Below, one piece after another: positions 27,453 to 36,952 of a stretch of 64,000 bases of DNA. Position 1 is the first letter of the stretch. Each line of letters begins with the position of its first letter. The stretch spans positions 1,920,001 through 1,984,000 of the forward strand of contig OZ241841.1 of the NCBI GenBank assembly GCA_965202665.1, read 5' to 3'. Made by a program: the position numbers and the translations under genes. Below the pieces are notes generated by a model. It was not told the DNA's origin and did not search any database. It saw nothing but the letters and a program-made list of their open reading frames with translations. The DNA comes from Candidatus Spongiisociaceae bacterium (GTDB taxonomy: Bacteria; Actinomycetota; Acidimicrobiia; Spongiisociales; Spongiisociaceae).

Positions 27453-30400
27453 GTGGTGATAGCGCGGCTGTTGGATCGGGTTTGGTTGGTGGGTTTGTTG
27501 GTGCTGGGTTTGGTGGCCGCTTTGCTGGGGGTGGCTCCTCCGGAGGCGGCGGGGACGCATGGGGAGGAGGATATTGATTTCGCTCCCATGTATTCGGCGT
27601 GCGTGGGGGCGGCGACGGAGTCTGCGGGTTTTGAGGACACGGCGGACATCGGCGCGGAGGATGCTATTAATTGTTTGTTCCATTATGGGATCACCACCGG
27701 CCGGTCGGAGACCATGTACGCGCCGGGGGATTCGGTGTTGCGGTGGCAGATGGCCCTGTTTTTAGCGCGGGCGGCTGCGGCGGCGGGGATTGTGTTGGAG
27801 AACCCGGCGGAGGATCAGGGGTTTACGGATGTGGGGGCGGTGTCGGAGGAGGCCCGCAACGCGATCAACGGTTTAGCCAAGGCGGGGATCATGCCCGGCA
27901 CGTCGGCGACGACGTTCTCACCTAACTCGTCGGTGAACCGGGGGTCCATGGCCATGTTGCTGGACGCTTTCCTTTCTAAGGCCACGCCGGGGACGGGGGC
28001 GTTCGGAGAATCTGCGGAGAAGTATGCGGATGTGAAGGCCGACAATTTTAATGTGTTTACGGATGTGAGCACGGTGTCGTTGAACACATATAACGCGATT
28101 TACCGTATTTACGAGCTGGGGGTGACCAAGGGCGTGGGGGATCATCAGTTCAACCCGGCCGGGCTGGTGACGCGGGGGCAGATGGCGTCGTTCATCACTC
28201 GGGCGTTTGCGCATACCAGGGCCCGTCCGGCGGGGGTGTCCATTCAGAGCGAGTCGGATATGGTGCTTGGTGAATCGAGTGTTCCGTTGATTGTGTCGGT
28301 GCGGGATGTGAACTTCCAGCCCTTGTTGGACCAGTCGGTGGATGTGTTCCGTTCCACGGATCCGGATAACGCGTTCGGGGATGATGGGGCGTGTGTTTCG
28401 GCGAGTGTGGCTCGGGTGGGGCAGGTGGGGCAGACGGCGTGCGAGGTGGATTTGGGGGACAGCACCACCGACGCGGCGGGGGATTTGACCGATTTGTCCT
28501 TGCAGATCACGGATGCGGATGTGTCGGTGTGGGCGTGGACGGGCGACCGGGGCGACAAGTTCGACTCAGATGACACCACCGCCGCGCAGTTGACGGTGGG
28601 GTTCTCCAAGGCGGCCAGCCAGACTTTGGTGACCGACAACTTGGAGGAGGGACAGGAAAGATCCAAGTTTGGGGAAACCGTCACTGTCACCATCCAGATC
28701 GCGGATGAGGATGACAAGGCGGTGGCCAGCAAGGGTCAGCGGGTGACCGTAAGCCAGACGACGCGAGTCGGGGAGACCACCACCTCTTCCAGTAACTCCA
28801 TGGTGACGGATGCGGATGGGAAGATCGTTTTGGAGTTCACTCAGACTGATCCCAATACCAATACGGGGGATGCGGCGAGGGTGACGTTGGAGTTGAGTGT
28901 GCCGTCGGACGGGTTGCCGTTGCAGAATGAGGACGGAAGCGCTTTCGACATGGACGGCAAGACCTATGTCTGGTCGGATGAGGCGCCGGTGCCGAAAGTG
29001 TTGAAGTTGTCGGCTCGGACCAACTTCGGGGAGGCTTCCGATGAGGGTTCGGGGGCCGGTAACACGGTTACGGCCACTTTGACCGACCAGTTCGGGGACC
29101 CGGTGCGGGGCAAGAGGATCAGTTTCCTCTCCGACACCTTTTGCACGCCCAAACAGGGGGAAACCACTTGCTCTGTGACCGGGATCGGGGTTACGGAAAA
29201 CGGCGGCGTGTCAGTGAGGGAGGTTGACGGGGTGCGTGTTTTGACGGGGACCGCCCGGTTTATGCGCACCACCGGACGGGACGGCCGGGCCAACCTCAGT
29301 TATTCCTATGATTCCACCGACAGCACAATCGAAACCATCTGGGCCACCTTCAGCGAGGTGGTGGGAGTGGCGGACTCCGACCCTCTGGCCGAAGGCGACA
29401 CCGCCGATATTTCGCTCACCGCGGATCGTATCTATCACTATTGGGCGGAGGACCCCTCCGGGGCTCCGTTCACCGGGCGCATTCTGGTTAAGGAACCGGA
29501 CAACGATCAGATGGTGGTGTTCGCGGAAGAGAAGCTGATGTTGGTCAAATACGACGCCAACGACCAGTTCGTCGACTTCAACGGGCCCACGGTGATGGCC
29601 GAATTCGAGAAGCCTTTGGCGGAAAACGCCGACCCGGCGGCGGCTCATCTGAAAGTAACCGCCTATCAGGACGAGGCGGGCAAGGTCAGCACCTTCACCT
29701 TGCAACCGGAATGGCCCAGCCTGGATCACCCCGACGGCCAAGAGGCCGGAGGCCCCGCCCGGTTCGGGCAGGTGGTAGCGGCCGACAACGGAGTAGTTGT
29801 GGTCGGAGCCTCTTATGAAAGCGTTGTGGACGACATGGGCACCGCCAACGATCCATCAGATGATGAGACGCGGGCTAATGCGGGGATGGTGTACATCTAC
29901 CCGGGCGGCATCGGCACCGCCGCGGCGGACATCGTCGAAATCAAGCCCCCCACCATCACAGCCAACGGTTACTTCGGGTTTGATGTGGATATCAGCGGCG
30001 ACACCGTGGTGGTCGGAACCCGAGACGGGGCGCTGATGAAGGTCTATGTTTACGTCCGCGGGAGCAGTGGTTGGCCGACCATGCCCACCGCCACTTTTGA
30101 CTCGACCGCTTCCTCGCCCGCCCACCGAGGTTTTGGCGAAGGGGTTGCCATATCCTCCGACGGTTCCACCATCGCGGTGACGGCCCTCTTCCAGTTCAGC
30201 TCCGAAGTATTGATATATGAAAAACCCGGCAACGGCGTTTGGGCGAACGATACCGACAGCACGGACAACGCAAAACTGACACCCGAGTCCGCCGCGGCCG
30301 GTTACAACGACCAGCGGTCGGTGGCTCTTTCCAGGGACGGTTCGACGGTTGCTTGGGGCGGCTGCAACTGGGGAGGTACTCCTGCTTCGTGCCGGGGAGC

Positions 30401-30980
30401 GGTTATGGTGCACACCGAACCGGTCGGGGGCTGGACGGGGAGCGTGACGCACGCCGCGGTTTTGTACGCCAACGGCGGAGCCAAGGTACGGCAGAGTATG
30501 GGCAGATCCGTGGCTATTTCCGATGATGGGTCGACGGTGCTCGCGGGCGGGTCTTTCCAGGCCGGGGTCGGCGAAACCGGGGCCATGTACGTGTTCAGCA
30601 AACCCGACGCAGGTTGGGCGACGTTGGACGAGGACACCACTTCTTCGGCGATATTGACCGCTTCTCCGGGCAGGGCCCGGCCGGTCGAAGCATTGGGCCA
30701 ATACGTTGCGATGTCCAGCGATGGCATGGAGGCGGTGGGTGGACGTCATTTTCGGCAGGAAGGCGACTTCCGGGGCTCGGTGGTGGCGTACCAGCGGCCC
30801 TCCGGCGGGTGGGCCAGCGACAGCAGTCCCGATGGTGAATTCTTGGGTCCCTATGTGAACGCCCGTCTGGGGTGGGCGGTTACCTATGACAAGTCGAACG
30901 GCGATCTGTACTCCGCGATACGCAACGAAACCCTGGTGGACAGTGGCCGGTTGCTGACTGTTTACAAGATCAGCCGTTAA
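27453..30980 (+). CDS. Secreted S-layer-homology protein with Ig-like middle region and C-terminal FG-GAP-like beta-propeller (paralogue 1)
   Basis: Signal peptide; three SLH repeats (GITTG...P...R..MA, FTDV...); blades ARFGQVVAADNGVVVVGA, FGFDVDISGDTVVVG, FGEGVAISSDG; AAGGAGG RBS. Confidence 0.85.
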   Translation: MVIARLLDRVWLVGLLVLGLVAALLGVAPPEAAGTHGEEDIDFAPMYSACVGAATESAGFEDTADIGAEDAINCLFHYGITTGRSETMYAPGDSVLRWQMALFLARAAAAAGIVLENPAEDQGFTDVGAVSEEARNAINGLAKAGIMPGTSATTFSPNSSVNRGSMAMLLDAFLSKATPGTGAFGESAEKYADVKADNFNVFTDVSTVSLNTYNAIYRIYELGVTKGVGDHQFNPAGLVTRGQMASFITRAFAHTRARPAGVSIQSESDMVLGESSVPLIVSVRDVNFQPLLDQSVDVFRSTDPDNAFGDDGACVSASVARVGQVGQTACEVDLGDSTTDAAGDLTDLSLQITDADVSVWAWTGDRGDKFDSDDTTAAQLTVGFSKAASQTLVTDNLEEGQERSKFGETVTVTIQIADEDDKAVASKGQRVTVSQTTRVGETTTSSSNSMVTDADGKIVLEFTQTDPNTNTGDAARVTLELSVPSDGLPLQNEDGSAFDMDGKTYVWSDEAPVPKVLKLSARTNFGEASDEGSGAGNTVTATLTDQFGDPVRGKRISFLSDTFCTPKQGETTCSVTGIGVTENGGVSVREVDGVRVLTGTARFMRTTGRDGRANLSYSYDSTDSTIETIWATFSEVVGVADSDPLAEGDTADISLTADRIYHYWAEDPSGAPFTGRILVKEPDNDQMVVFAEEKLMLVKYDANDQFVDFNGPTVMAEFEKPLAENADPAAAHLKVTAYQDEAGKVSTFTLQPEWPSLDHPDGQEAGGPARFGQVVAADNGVVVVGASYESVVDDMGTANDPSDDETRANAGMVYIYPGGIGTAAADIVEIKPPTITANGYFGFDVDISGDTVVVGTRDGALMKVYVYVRGSSGWPTMPTATFDSTASSPAHRGFGEGVAISSDGSTIAVTALFQFSSEVLIYEKPGNGVWANDTDSTDNAKLTPESAAAGYNDQRSVALSRDGSTVAWGGCNWGGTPASCRGAVMVHTEPVGGWTGSVTHAAVLYANGGAKVRQSMGRSVAISDDGSTVLAGGSFQAGVGETGAMYVFSKPDAGWATLDEDTTSSAILTASPGRARPVEALGQYVAMSSDGMEAVGGRHFRQEGDFRGSVVAYQRPSGGWASDSSPDGEFLGPYVNARLGWAVTYDKSNGDLYSAIRNETLVDSGRLLTVYKISR

Positions 30981-31003
30981 GTCGTTTCACCCAACCCAAC
31001 ACG

Positions 31004-31043
31004 CCAGGAGGCCTCCCCGCCAAAGTGGGGAGGCCCCTGGTTT
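31004..31043 (+). terminator. Intrinsic terminator of S-layer gene 1
   Basis: CCAGGAGGCCTCCCCGC-CAAA-GTGGGGAGGCCCCTGG-TTT hairpin. Confidence 0.75.
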
Positions 31044-31133
31044 AAGCCCCTTTGCCGCGACTACGCCTCCGAGATACGAGCCTCCATCGGCCGGAGCCGG
31101 GGAGGCCTTTGGTTTAAGCCCCTTTGCCGCGAC
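31027..31133. repeat. 35-bp direct repeat (31027-31061, 31099-31133) between the S-layer genes
   Basis: GGGGAGGCC(CC/TT)TGGTTTAAGCCCCTTTGCCGCGAC twice. Confidence 0.85.
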
Positions 31134-31198
31134 GGATGCCCAAAAGGACCGGGGTCGCCGCGTTCCACTTTCCCGGCGGGGCGGTGGTGTGGATTGAC

Positions 31199-31226
31199 TT
31201 GACAAATTGGGGGGGGGGGGTAGCGT
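31199..31226 (+). promoter_or_regulatory. Housekeeping-sigma promoter of S-layer gene 2 with G12 spacer
   Basis: TTGACA (31199-31204) - AATT + G12 (31209-31220) - TAGCGT (31221-31226); 16-nt spacer. Confidence 0.75.
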
Positions 31227-31307
31227 TTTGGATTGTGGAGCCGCGTGCGGCGTTTGTCGTCGCTCGGCGGCCTGCGTGGTAAAAAAATCTGAGTTTAAGG
31301 AGGCTTA

Positions 31308-34300
31308 GTGATGGCGCGTGTGTTGGGTCGGGTTTGGTTGGTGGGGTTGTTGGTGTTGGGTTTGGTGGTGAGTTTGTTGGGGGTGGCTCCTCCGGAGGGG
31401 GCGTTGGGTGCGCATGGGGAGGAGGACATTGATTTCGCTCCCATGTATTCGGCGTGCGTGGGGGCGGCGACGGAGTCGGCCGGTTTTGAGGACACGGCGG
31501 ACATCGGGGCGGAGGATGCTATTAATTGTTTGTTCCATTATGGGATCACCACGGGTCGGTCGGAGACGATGTACGCTCCGGGGGATTCGGTGTTGCGGTG
31601 GCAGATGGCCCTGTTTTTGGCTCGGGCGGCTGCGGCGGCGGGGATTGTGTTGGAGAACCCGGCGGAGGATCAGGGGTTTACGGATGTGGGCGCGGTGTCG
31701 GAGGAGGCCCGCAACGCGATCAATGGTTTAGCGAAGGCGGGGATCATGCCCGGCACGTCGGCGACGACGTTCTCACCGAATTCGTCGGTGAATCGGGGTT
31801 CCATGGCGATGTTGCTGGACGCGTTTTTGGCGCAGGCCACGCCGGGGGCGGGGGCGTTCGGTGAAGCGGCGGAGAAGTATGCGGATGTGAAGGCGGACAA
31901 TTTTAATGTGTTTACGGATGTGAGCACGGTGTCGTTGAACACCTATAACGCGATTTACCGTATTTATGAGTTGGGGGTGACGAAGGGGGTGGGGGAGCAT
32001 CAGTTCAACCCGAGCGGGTTGGTGACGCGGGGGCAGATGGCGTCGTTTATCACCCGGGCGTTTGCTCATACCATCGCCCGTCCGTCGGGGGTGTCCATTC
32101 AGAGCGAACAGGATATGGTGTTGGGGGCGCAGGGCGTGCCGTTGATTGTGTCGGTGCGGGACGTGAATTTCCAGCCGGTGCAAGACGCGTCGGTGGACGT
32201 GTTCCGTTCTACCGATCCGGACAATGCGTTCGGGGACGATGGGGCGTGTGTTTCAGCGAGTGTGGATAAGGTGGCGACGGTGGGGCAGACGGCGTGCGAG
32301 GTGGATTTGGGGGACAGCACCACCGACGCGTCGGGGGACCTGACCGATTTGTCCTTGCAGATCACGGATGCGGATGTGTCGGTGTGGGCGTGGACGGGCG
32401 ACCGGGGCGACAAGTTCGACTCCGATGACACTACCGCCGCCCAGTTGACCGTCGGGTTCTCCAAGGCGGCCAGCCAGACGTTGGTTACCGACAACTTGGA
32501 GGAAGGGCAGGAGAAGTCCAAGTTCGGGGAAACCGTCACGGTAACTATCCAGATCGCCGATGAGGATGACAAAGCGGTGGCCGACAAGGGTAAGCGGATA
32601 ACCGTGGCGCAGAGCACTACGGTGGGCGACAATACCACGTCTTCTACTAACAGCATGACGACGGACGCGGACGGGAAGATCGTTTTGGAATTCACCCAAA
32701 CCGATCCCGACGCCAACAGCACCGGTCAAACGGCCATGTTGACGTTGAGGTTGAGCGGCGCGCCGGCTGGGTTGCCGTTGCAAAATGAGGACGGAAGCGC
32801 CTTCGACATGGACGGCAAGACTTACATTTGGTCGGATGAGACGCCGGTGCCCACCACGTTGACAATGTCGGCTCGGACCAACTTCGGGGCGGCTTCTGAT
32901 GAGGGGTCGGGGGCCGGCAACACGGTTACGGCCACTTTGACCGACCAGTTCGGGGAACCGGTGCGGGGCAAGAGGATCAGTTTCCTCTCCGACACTTTTT
33001 GCACGCCCAAGCGGGATGAAACCACCTGCTCTGTGACCGGGATCGGGGTTACGGAAAACGGAGGCGTGGCGACGGAGGAGGATGACGGGGTGCGTGTTTT
33101 GACGGGGACCGCCCGGTTTATGCGCACCACCGGTCGGGACGGCCGGGCCAACCTGAGCTATTCCTACGATTCCACCGACAGCACAATCGAAACCATCTGG
33201 GCCACCTACCCATTCGCCGGGACTGAGGGGGTGCGGGGCTTTGCGGACACCGTCGTTCAGTGCGGCGAGGCCGGGGCGTTGCCGGCGGGGCGTTGCCGCC
33301 CGGCGGATGATATGGCAGATGAAACGGTTCTCCCCGCTGATCGTATCTATCACTACTGGGCGGAGGATCCGGGCGGGGCGCCGTTCACCGGGCGTATCCT
33401 GGTGAAAGACCCGGACAACGACCAGTTGGTGGTGGCGGCGGAAGAGAAGCTGATGTTGGTCAAATACGACGCCAACGACCAGTTCGTCGACTTTGATGGA
33501 CCCACGGTGATGGCCGAGTTTGAGAAGCCTCTGGCGGAAAACGCCGACCCGGCGGCGGCTCATCTGAAAGTGACCACCTACGAGGACGAAGCGGGCAAAG
33601 TCAGCACCTTCACCTTGCAACCGGAATGGCCCACCTTGCAACATCCCGACGGCACGAGAGCCGGAGCCGGAGCCCGATTCGGAAACGCCGTGGCCGCGGA
33701 CAACGGGGTGATAGTGGTCGGGGCATGGTTTGAGACGGTGGATCCGGACACCGGTAGCGGCGATGTGGATTCAGATTCGGATATGACCAACGATGCCTCC
33801 GATGACCTGTCAAGGGCGGGGAGGGTCTACATCTATCCGAACGGGTTTGACACCGACCCGGACGACATCATCAAACTGCAGGAACCCACTCCCGGAGAAA
33901 GATTCCGCTTCGGATACGATGTGGATGTCAGCGGAAACACGGTCGTGGTCGGAACCTTTTGTACACAAAATAACGATTGCGTCGTTGGGAGTAAGAAAGT
34001 CTACGTTTACGAACGTTCCAGCGGAGGAACGTGGTCCACTACTCCCGACGCCACTTTTACCGATGCCAACTACAACCGGGGTTTCGGCGAAGGGGTGGCT
34101 GTCTCCGGAGACGAAAAAACCATCGCGGTGGTGGCTCCGGCCTCGGCGAATGGCGGGGCGGTGATCGTCTATGAAAAAGGCGCCGGTTGGGGTGACGACT
34201 CCGACGCCTCCGACAACGCCCGTTTGAAAGACACCAGCGCCGCGGAGGGGAACGCTTGGAACGGAGAACGGTCCGTAGCCATCTCCAAGGACGGTTCGGT

Positions 34301-34976
34301 GATTCTCAGCGGAGCGTGCGGCTGGAATAACAGCCCTCCCCCAGGCGTTGAGAATTGCTATGGGCTGGTCAATTTGTACGAAAGGTCCGGCAACAGCTGG
34401 GGTACGGCTGTCATAGCGGAGGCCGATGTCACCTTCCAGTCCAACGGCGGACAACGTTTGCCGGAGCGTTTCGGCAAGTACGTGGCCATCTCCGAGGACG
34501 GGTCTACCTTTGTCGCCAGCGGGCATTTCCATGCCGACGCCAACAAGCCTGGTTCCGCCTATGTTTTCACCGAACCGGCGGGGGGTTGGTCGACTTTGGA
34601 CACCGACCCGGCCGTGACCGCCCGGTCCATCCAGGGGGCGGAGCTGTCCGTTTCCCGGGGCCGTCCGGCTGATGTGTTCGGACAGTACATTGCGATAACC
34701 AAGGACGGTTCGGAGGTGGCGGCCGGTCGTCATTATCGGCAGGAAGGGGACTTCCGGGGTTCGGTGGTGACCTTCAAACGCCCCTCAGGAGGATGGGCCG
34801 ACGACAGCAGCCCCGACGACGAATATCTTGGTCCCTGGGTTAACGCCCATCTGGGCTGGGCGACCACCTATGACAAGACGACCGGCGACCTGTACACCGG
34901 GCTGCGCGACGAAGTCACCATCAAGAATCCGCCTTCCGGCCACAAGTTGCTGACCGTTTACAAGATCACCCGTTAA
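31308..34976 (+). CDS. Secreted S-layer-homology protein with FG-GAP-like beta-propeller (paralogue 2)
   Basis: N-terminal region nearly identical to 27453 protein; divergent propeller; TAAGGAGG RBS. Confidence 0.85.
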   Translation: MMARVLGRVWLVGLLVLGLVVSLLGVAPPEGALGAHGEEDIDFAPMYSACVGAATESAGFEDTADIGAEDAINCLFHYGITTGRSETMYAPGDSVLRWQMALFLARAAAAAGIVLENPAEDQGFTDVGAVSEEARNAINGLAKAGIMPGTSATTFSPNSSVNRGSMAMLLDAFLAQATPGAGAFGEAAEKYADVKADNFNVFTDVSTVSLNTYNAIYRIYELGVTKGVGEHQFNPSGLVTRGQMASFITRAFAHTIARPSGVSIQSEQDMVLGAQGVPLIVSVRDVNFQPVQDASVDVFRSTDPDNAFGDDGACVSASVDKVATVGQTACEVDLGDSTTDASGDLTDLSLQITDADVSVWAWTGDRGDKFDSDDTTAAQLTVGFSKAASQTLVTDNLEEGQEKSKFGETVTVTIQIADEDDKAVADKGKRITVAQSTTVGDNTTSSTNSMTTDADGKIVLEFTQTDPDANSTGQTAMLTLRLSGAPAGLPLQNEDGSAFDMDGKTYIWSDETPVPTTLTMSARTNFGAASDEGSGAGNTVTATLTDQFGEPVRGKRISFLSDTFCTPKRDETTCSVTGIGVTENGGVATEEDDGVRVLTGTARFMRTTGRDGRANLSYSYDSTDSTIETIWATYPFAGTEGVRGFADTVVQCGEAGALPAGRCRPADDMADETVLPADRIYHYWAEDPGGAPFTGRILVKDPDNDQLVVAAEEKLMLVKYDANDQFVDFDGPTVMAEFEKPLAENADPAAAHLKVTTYEDEAGKVSTFTLQPEWPTLQHPDGTRAGAGARFGNAVAADNGVIVVGAWFETVDPDTGSGDVDSDSDMTNDASDDLSRAGRVYIYPNGFDTDPDDIIKLQEPTPGERFRFGYDVDVSGNTVVVGTFCTQNNDCVVGSKKVYVYERSSGGTWSTTPDATFTDANYNRGFGEGVAVSGDEKTIAVVAPASANGGAVIVYEKGAGWGDDSDASDNARLKDTSAAEGNAWNGERSVAISKDGSVILSGACGWNNSPPPGVENCYGLVNLYERSGNSWGTAVIAEADVTFQSNGGQRLPERFGKYVAISEDGSTFVASGHFHADANKPGSAYVFTEPAGGWSTLDTDPAVTARSIQGAELSVSRGRPADVFGQYIAITKDGSEVAAGRHYRQEGDFRGSVVTFKRPSGGWADDSSPDDEYLGPWVNAHLGWATTYDKTTGDLYTGLRDEVTIKNPPSGHKLLTVYKITR

Positions 34977-35000
34977 GCCTTTTCGCGCAACCTAACACGC

Positions 35001-35034
35001 CAGGAGCCTCCCCGCCGAGCGGGGAGGTTTCCTG
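35001..35034 (+). terminator. Intrinsic terminator of S-layer gene 2
   Basis: CAGGAGCCTCCCCGC-CGA-GCGGGGAGGTTTCCTG hairpin, homologous to the first terminator. Confidence 0.7.
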
Positions 35035-35123
35035 TTAAATCCCTATCCGCCTCCCCCGGCGGCGGCGCTCGTCTGTCCGAACGCCGCGTTGTGGTAAGAT
35101 AAAAAGACGGAGAGGAGGAGAAT

Positions 35124-35879
35124 ATGGCGGCCGCGCTGGTAACGGAACGGATGGGGCAAATCCATCAAATATGCCGGGAATATTGGGTGGAGCGGTTGTA
35201 TCTTTTCGGCTCCGCCGCCAACGGTGAAATGCGACCCGATAGCGACGTTGATTTCTTGGTGGAGTTTCAAGAGGGCGCGCAGGAACATTTCGGCCCCGGG
35301 CTTTTAGGGAGCCCCCTTTTGGGGATGGGGGCAAAACTGGACGGGCTGTTCGACCGCGAAGTGGATCTGGTTGAACCACGGCTGATTGCCGATCCGGGGT
35401 TTCTGCAAGAGATTGAGGAAACCAAAGAACTGATATACGAGTTTGGCGACCCGAGCCTGAAACGGTCCCCGCGGCCGCCCCGCTCCCGCCTAGCGAAGGA
35501 GAAAACATTGAATCGGAGAATCCGGAATTATTTGAGCGATATTTACCAAGCCGCGCAGGCCGTCCACCGGTTCGCCGAAGGTAAGACCGAGGAAGATTAT
35601 CTCGCAGATCGGATGCTGCGTAGCGCAATAGAACGCGAGATGACCATCATCTGCGAGGCAATGCGGGAGCTGGACCGTACCGACCCGGAGATAACGGCGC
35701 GGTTCACCGGTTACCGGGACATCATACGGTTCCGCACGTTTTTGGTTCACCTCTACATGGATATAGACGATGAGAAAGTGTGGGGCTTTGCGAAAGACGA
35801 CATCCCGGTTTTGGCGGCGGAGGCGGAGGACCTGCTCAACGAGATGGGATGGCCGCCTGATAGGGGGGCGTCGGATTAG
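35124..35879 (+). CDS. Fused MNT nucleotidyltransferase (antitoxin) - HEPN/DUF86 RNase (toxin)
   Basis: LFGSAANGEMRPDSDVD (GSx10DxD); RSAIERE...ICEA; RTFLVHLY (Rx4HxY). Confidence 0.85.
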   Translation: MAAALVTERMGQIHQICREYWVERLYLFGSAANGEMRPDSDVDFLVEFQEGAQEHFGPGLLGSPLLGMGAKLDGLFDREVDLVEPRLIADPGFLQEIEETKELIYEFGDPSLKRSPRPPRSRLAKEKTLNRRIRNYLSDIYQAAQAVHRFAEGKTEEDYLADRMLRSAIEREMTIICEAMRELDRTDPEITARFTGYRDIIRFRTFLVHLYMDIDDEKVWGFAKDDIPVLAAEAEDLLNEMGWPPDRGASD

Positions 35880-35932
35880 GGGGCGGAACGGGGGACCGCC
35901 TCTCGGGGGCGGCGGCCCGGCGGGCGGGGGGT

Positions 35933-36754
35933 TTAAGAGGAGCGGCGGCGGGCCAGGGCCCACCAGAGGGCGGCGGTTCCCACCGCGGCGGCGGCCAAGG
36001 CGGCCGTCCCTGATGCGGCCGGGGTCGGTTTGGGCAGGGAGGCCAAACGGTGGCGCAGATTCACCGGACGGGAGAATCCGGCCACCGGCCAGCCTTCTTC
36101 TTCGGCCCGGCGGCGCAGATCCTTGTCCGGGTTGACCGCCACCGGGTTGCCCACCGCCTCCAGCATGGGCAGGTCGGAGGCGCTGTCCGAATAGGCGAAG
36201 CATTCCCCCAAGTCCAGTCCCCACTCCTCCGCCAGGCGGCGGACGGCCTCCGCCTTGCCCGGCCCGTCGGCGTAGAAAGCCAGCCGGCCGGTGTAGCGGC
36301 CCTCCTCGTCCACCAGGGAGCGGGTGGCGATCACGTGATCCGCCCCCAGGTAGCGGGCCAGCGGTTCCGCCACCTCCTCCGGGGAGGCGGAGACGATCAC
36401 CACCCGCCGCCCCAGTCGTCGGTGATCGGCGATTAGGGCCAGCGCCTCGGCGTACACCAAAGGGGCGATCACATCGTCCACCGTTTCCCGCACCAGGCGG
36501 CGCACCGCCTGCGCGTCCCATCCTTTGGCGAGGGCCAGCAACCGGTCCCGCACCCGGTCCAGGCGGCGCTGGTCGGCCCCCAACAGCAGGTAGACGGCTT
36601 GGGCGGCCGCCGCCCGCAGCAAGGTGCGCCGCCGCAGGTAACCGGCCCGGCGGAAAGGGCGGGTGTAGGCCAGGGTGGACGACTTGGCGATGACCGTTTT
36701 GTCCAAGTCGAAGAAGGCCGCCGACCTGCTTTTAGGGAAACTTTTCCCGTTCAT
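35933..36754 (-). CDS. HAD-IB family hydrolase
   Basis: AFFDLDKT, VSAS, AYSDSASDLPML; usual position divergent from actinobacterial tad loci. Confidence 0.9.
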   Translation of the reverse strand: MNGKSFPKSRSAAFFDLDKTVIAKSSTLAYTRPFRRAGYLRRRTLLRAAAAQAVYLLLGADQRRLDRVRDRLLALAKGWDAQAVRRLVRETVDDVIAPLVYAEALALIADHRRLGRRVVIVSASPEEVAEPLARYLGADHVIATRSLVDEEGRYTGRLAFYADGPGKAEAVRRLAEEWGLDLGECFAYSDSASDLPMLEAVGNPVAVNPDKDLRRRAEEEGWPVAGFSRPVNLRHRLASLPKPTPAASGTAALAAAAVGTAALWWALARRRSS

Positions 36755-36906
36755 ATTGACATTTTACCGACCCGCCGGGGTTCCCGTTCCCAGGGCGTTT
36801 CGCCTGGTCAAGCAGGCAATTGGGGTTTCGGCGCCGGCGGGGGCGGGGCGTCCTGTTCCAAGGTCGCGAAAAGAGGGGGTTGTCGTCTCTCGAAAAATAC
36901 CTTATG

Positions 36907-36934
36907 TTGAATATTGTAAGCAAACATTTACAAT
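36907..36934 (+). promoter_or_regulatory. Putative tad operon promoter overlapped by an inverted repeat
   Basis: TTGAAT-16-TACAAT; palindrome ATTGTAA-N8-TTACAAT (36913-36934). Confidence 0.5.
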
Positions 36935-36952
36935 CGGAAAGGTTGGTTGACG

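Noticed and set aside
31027-31133. 35-bp repeat with 37-nt gap as a mini-CRISPR
   Set aside because: Sizes are CRISPR-like, but there are only two copies, the first is part of a terminator hairpin, and no cas or leader is present
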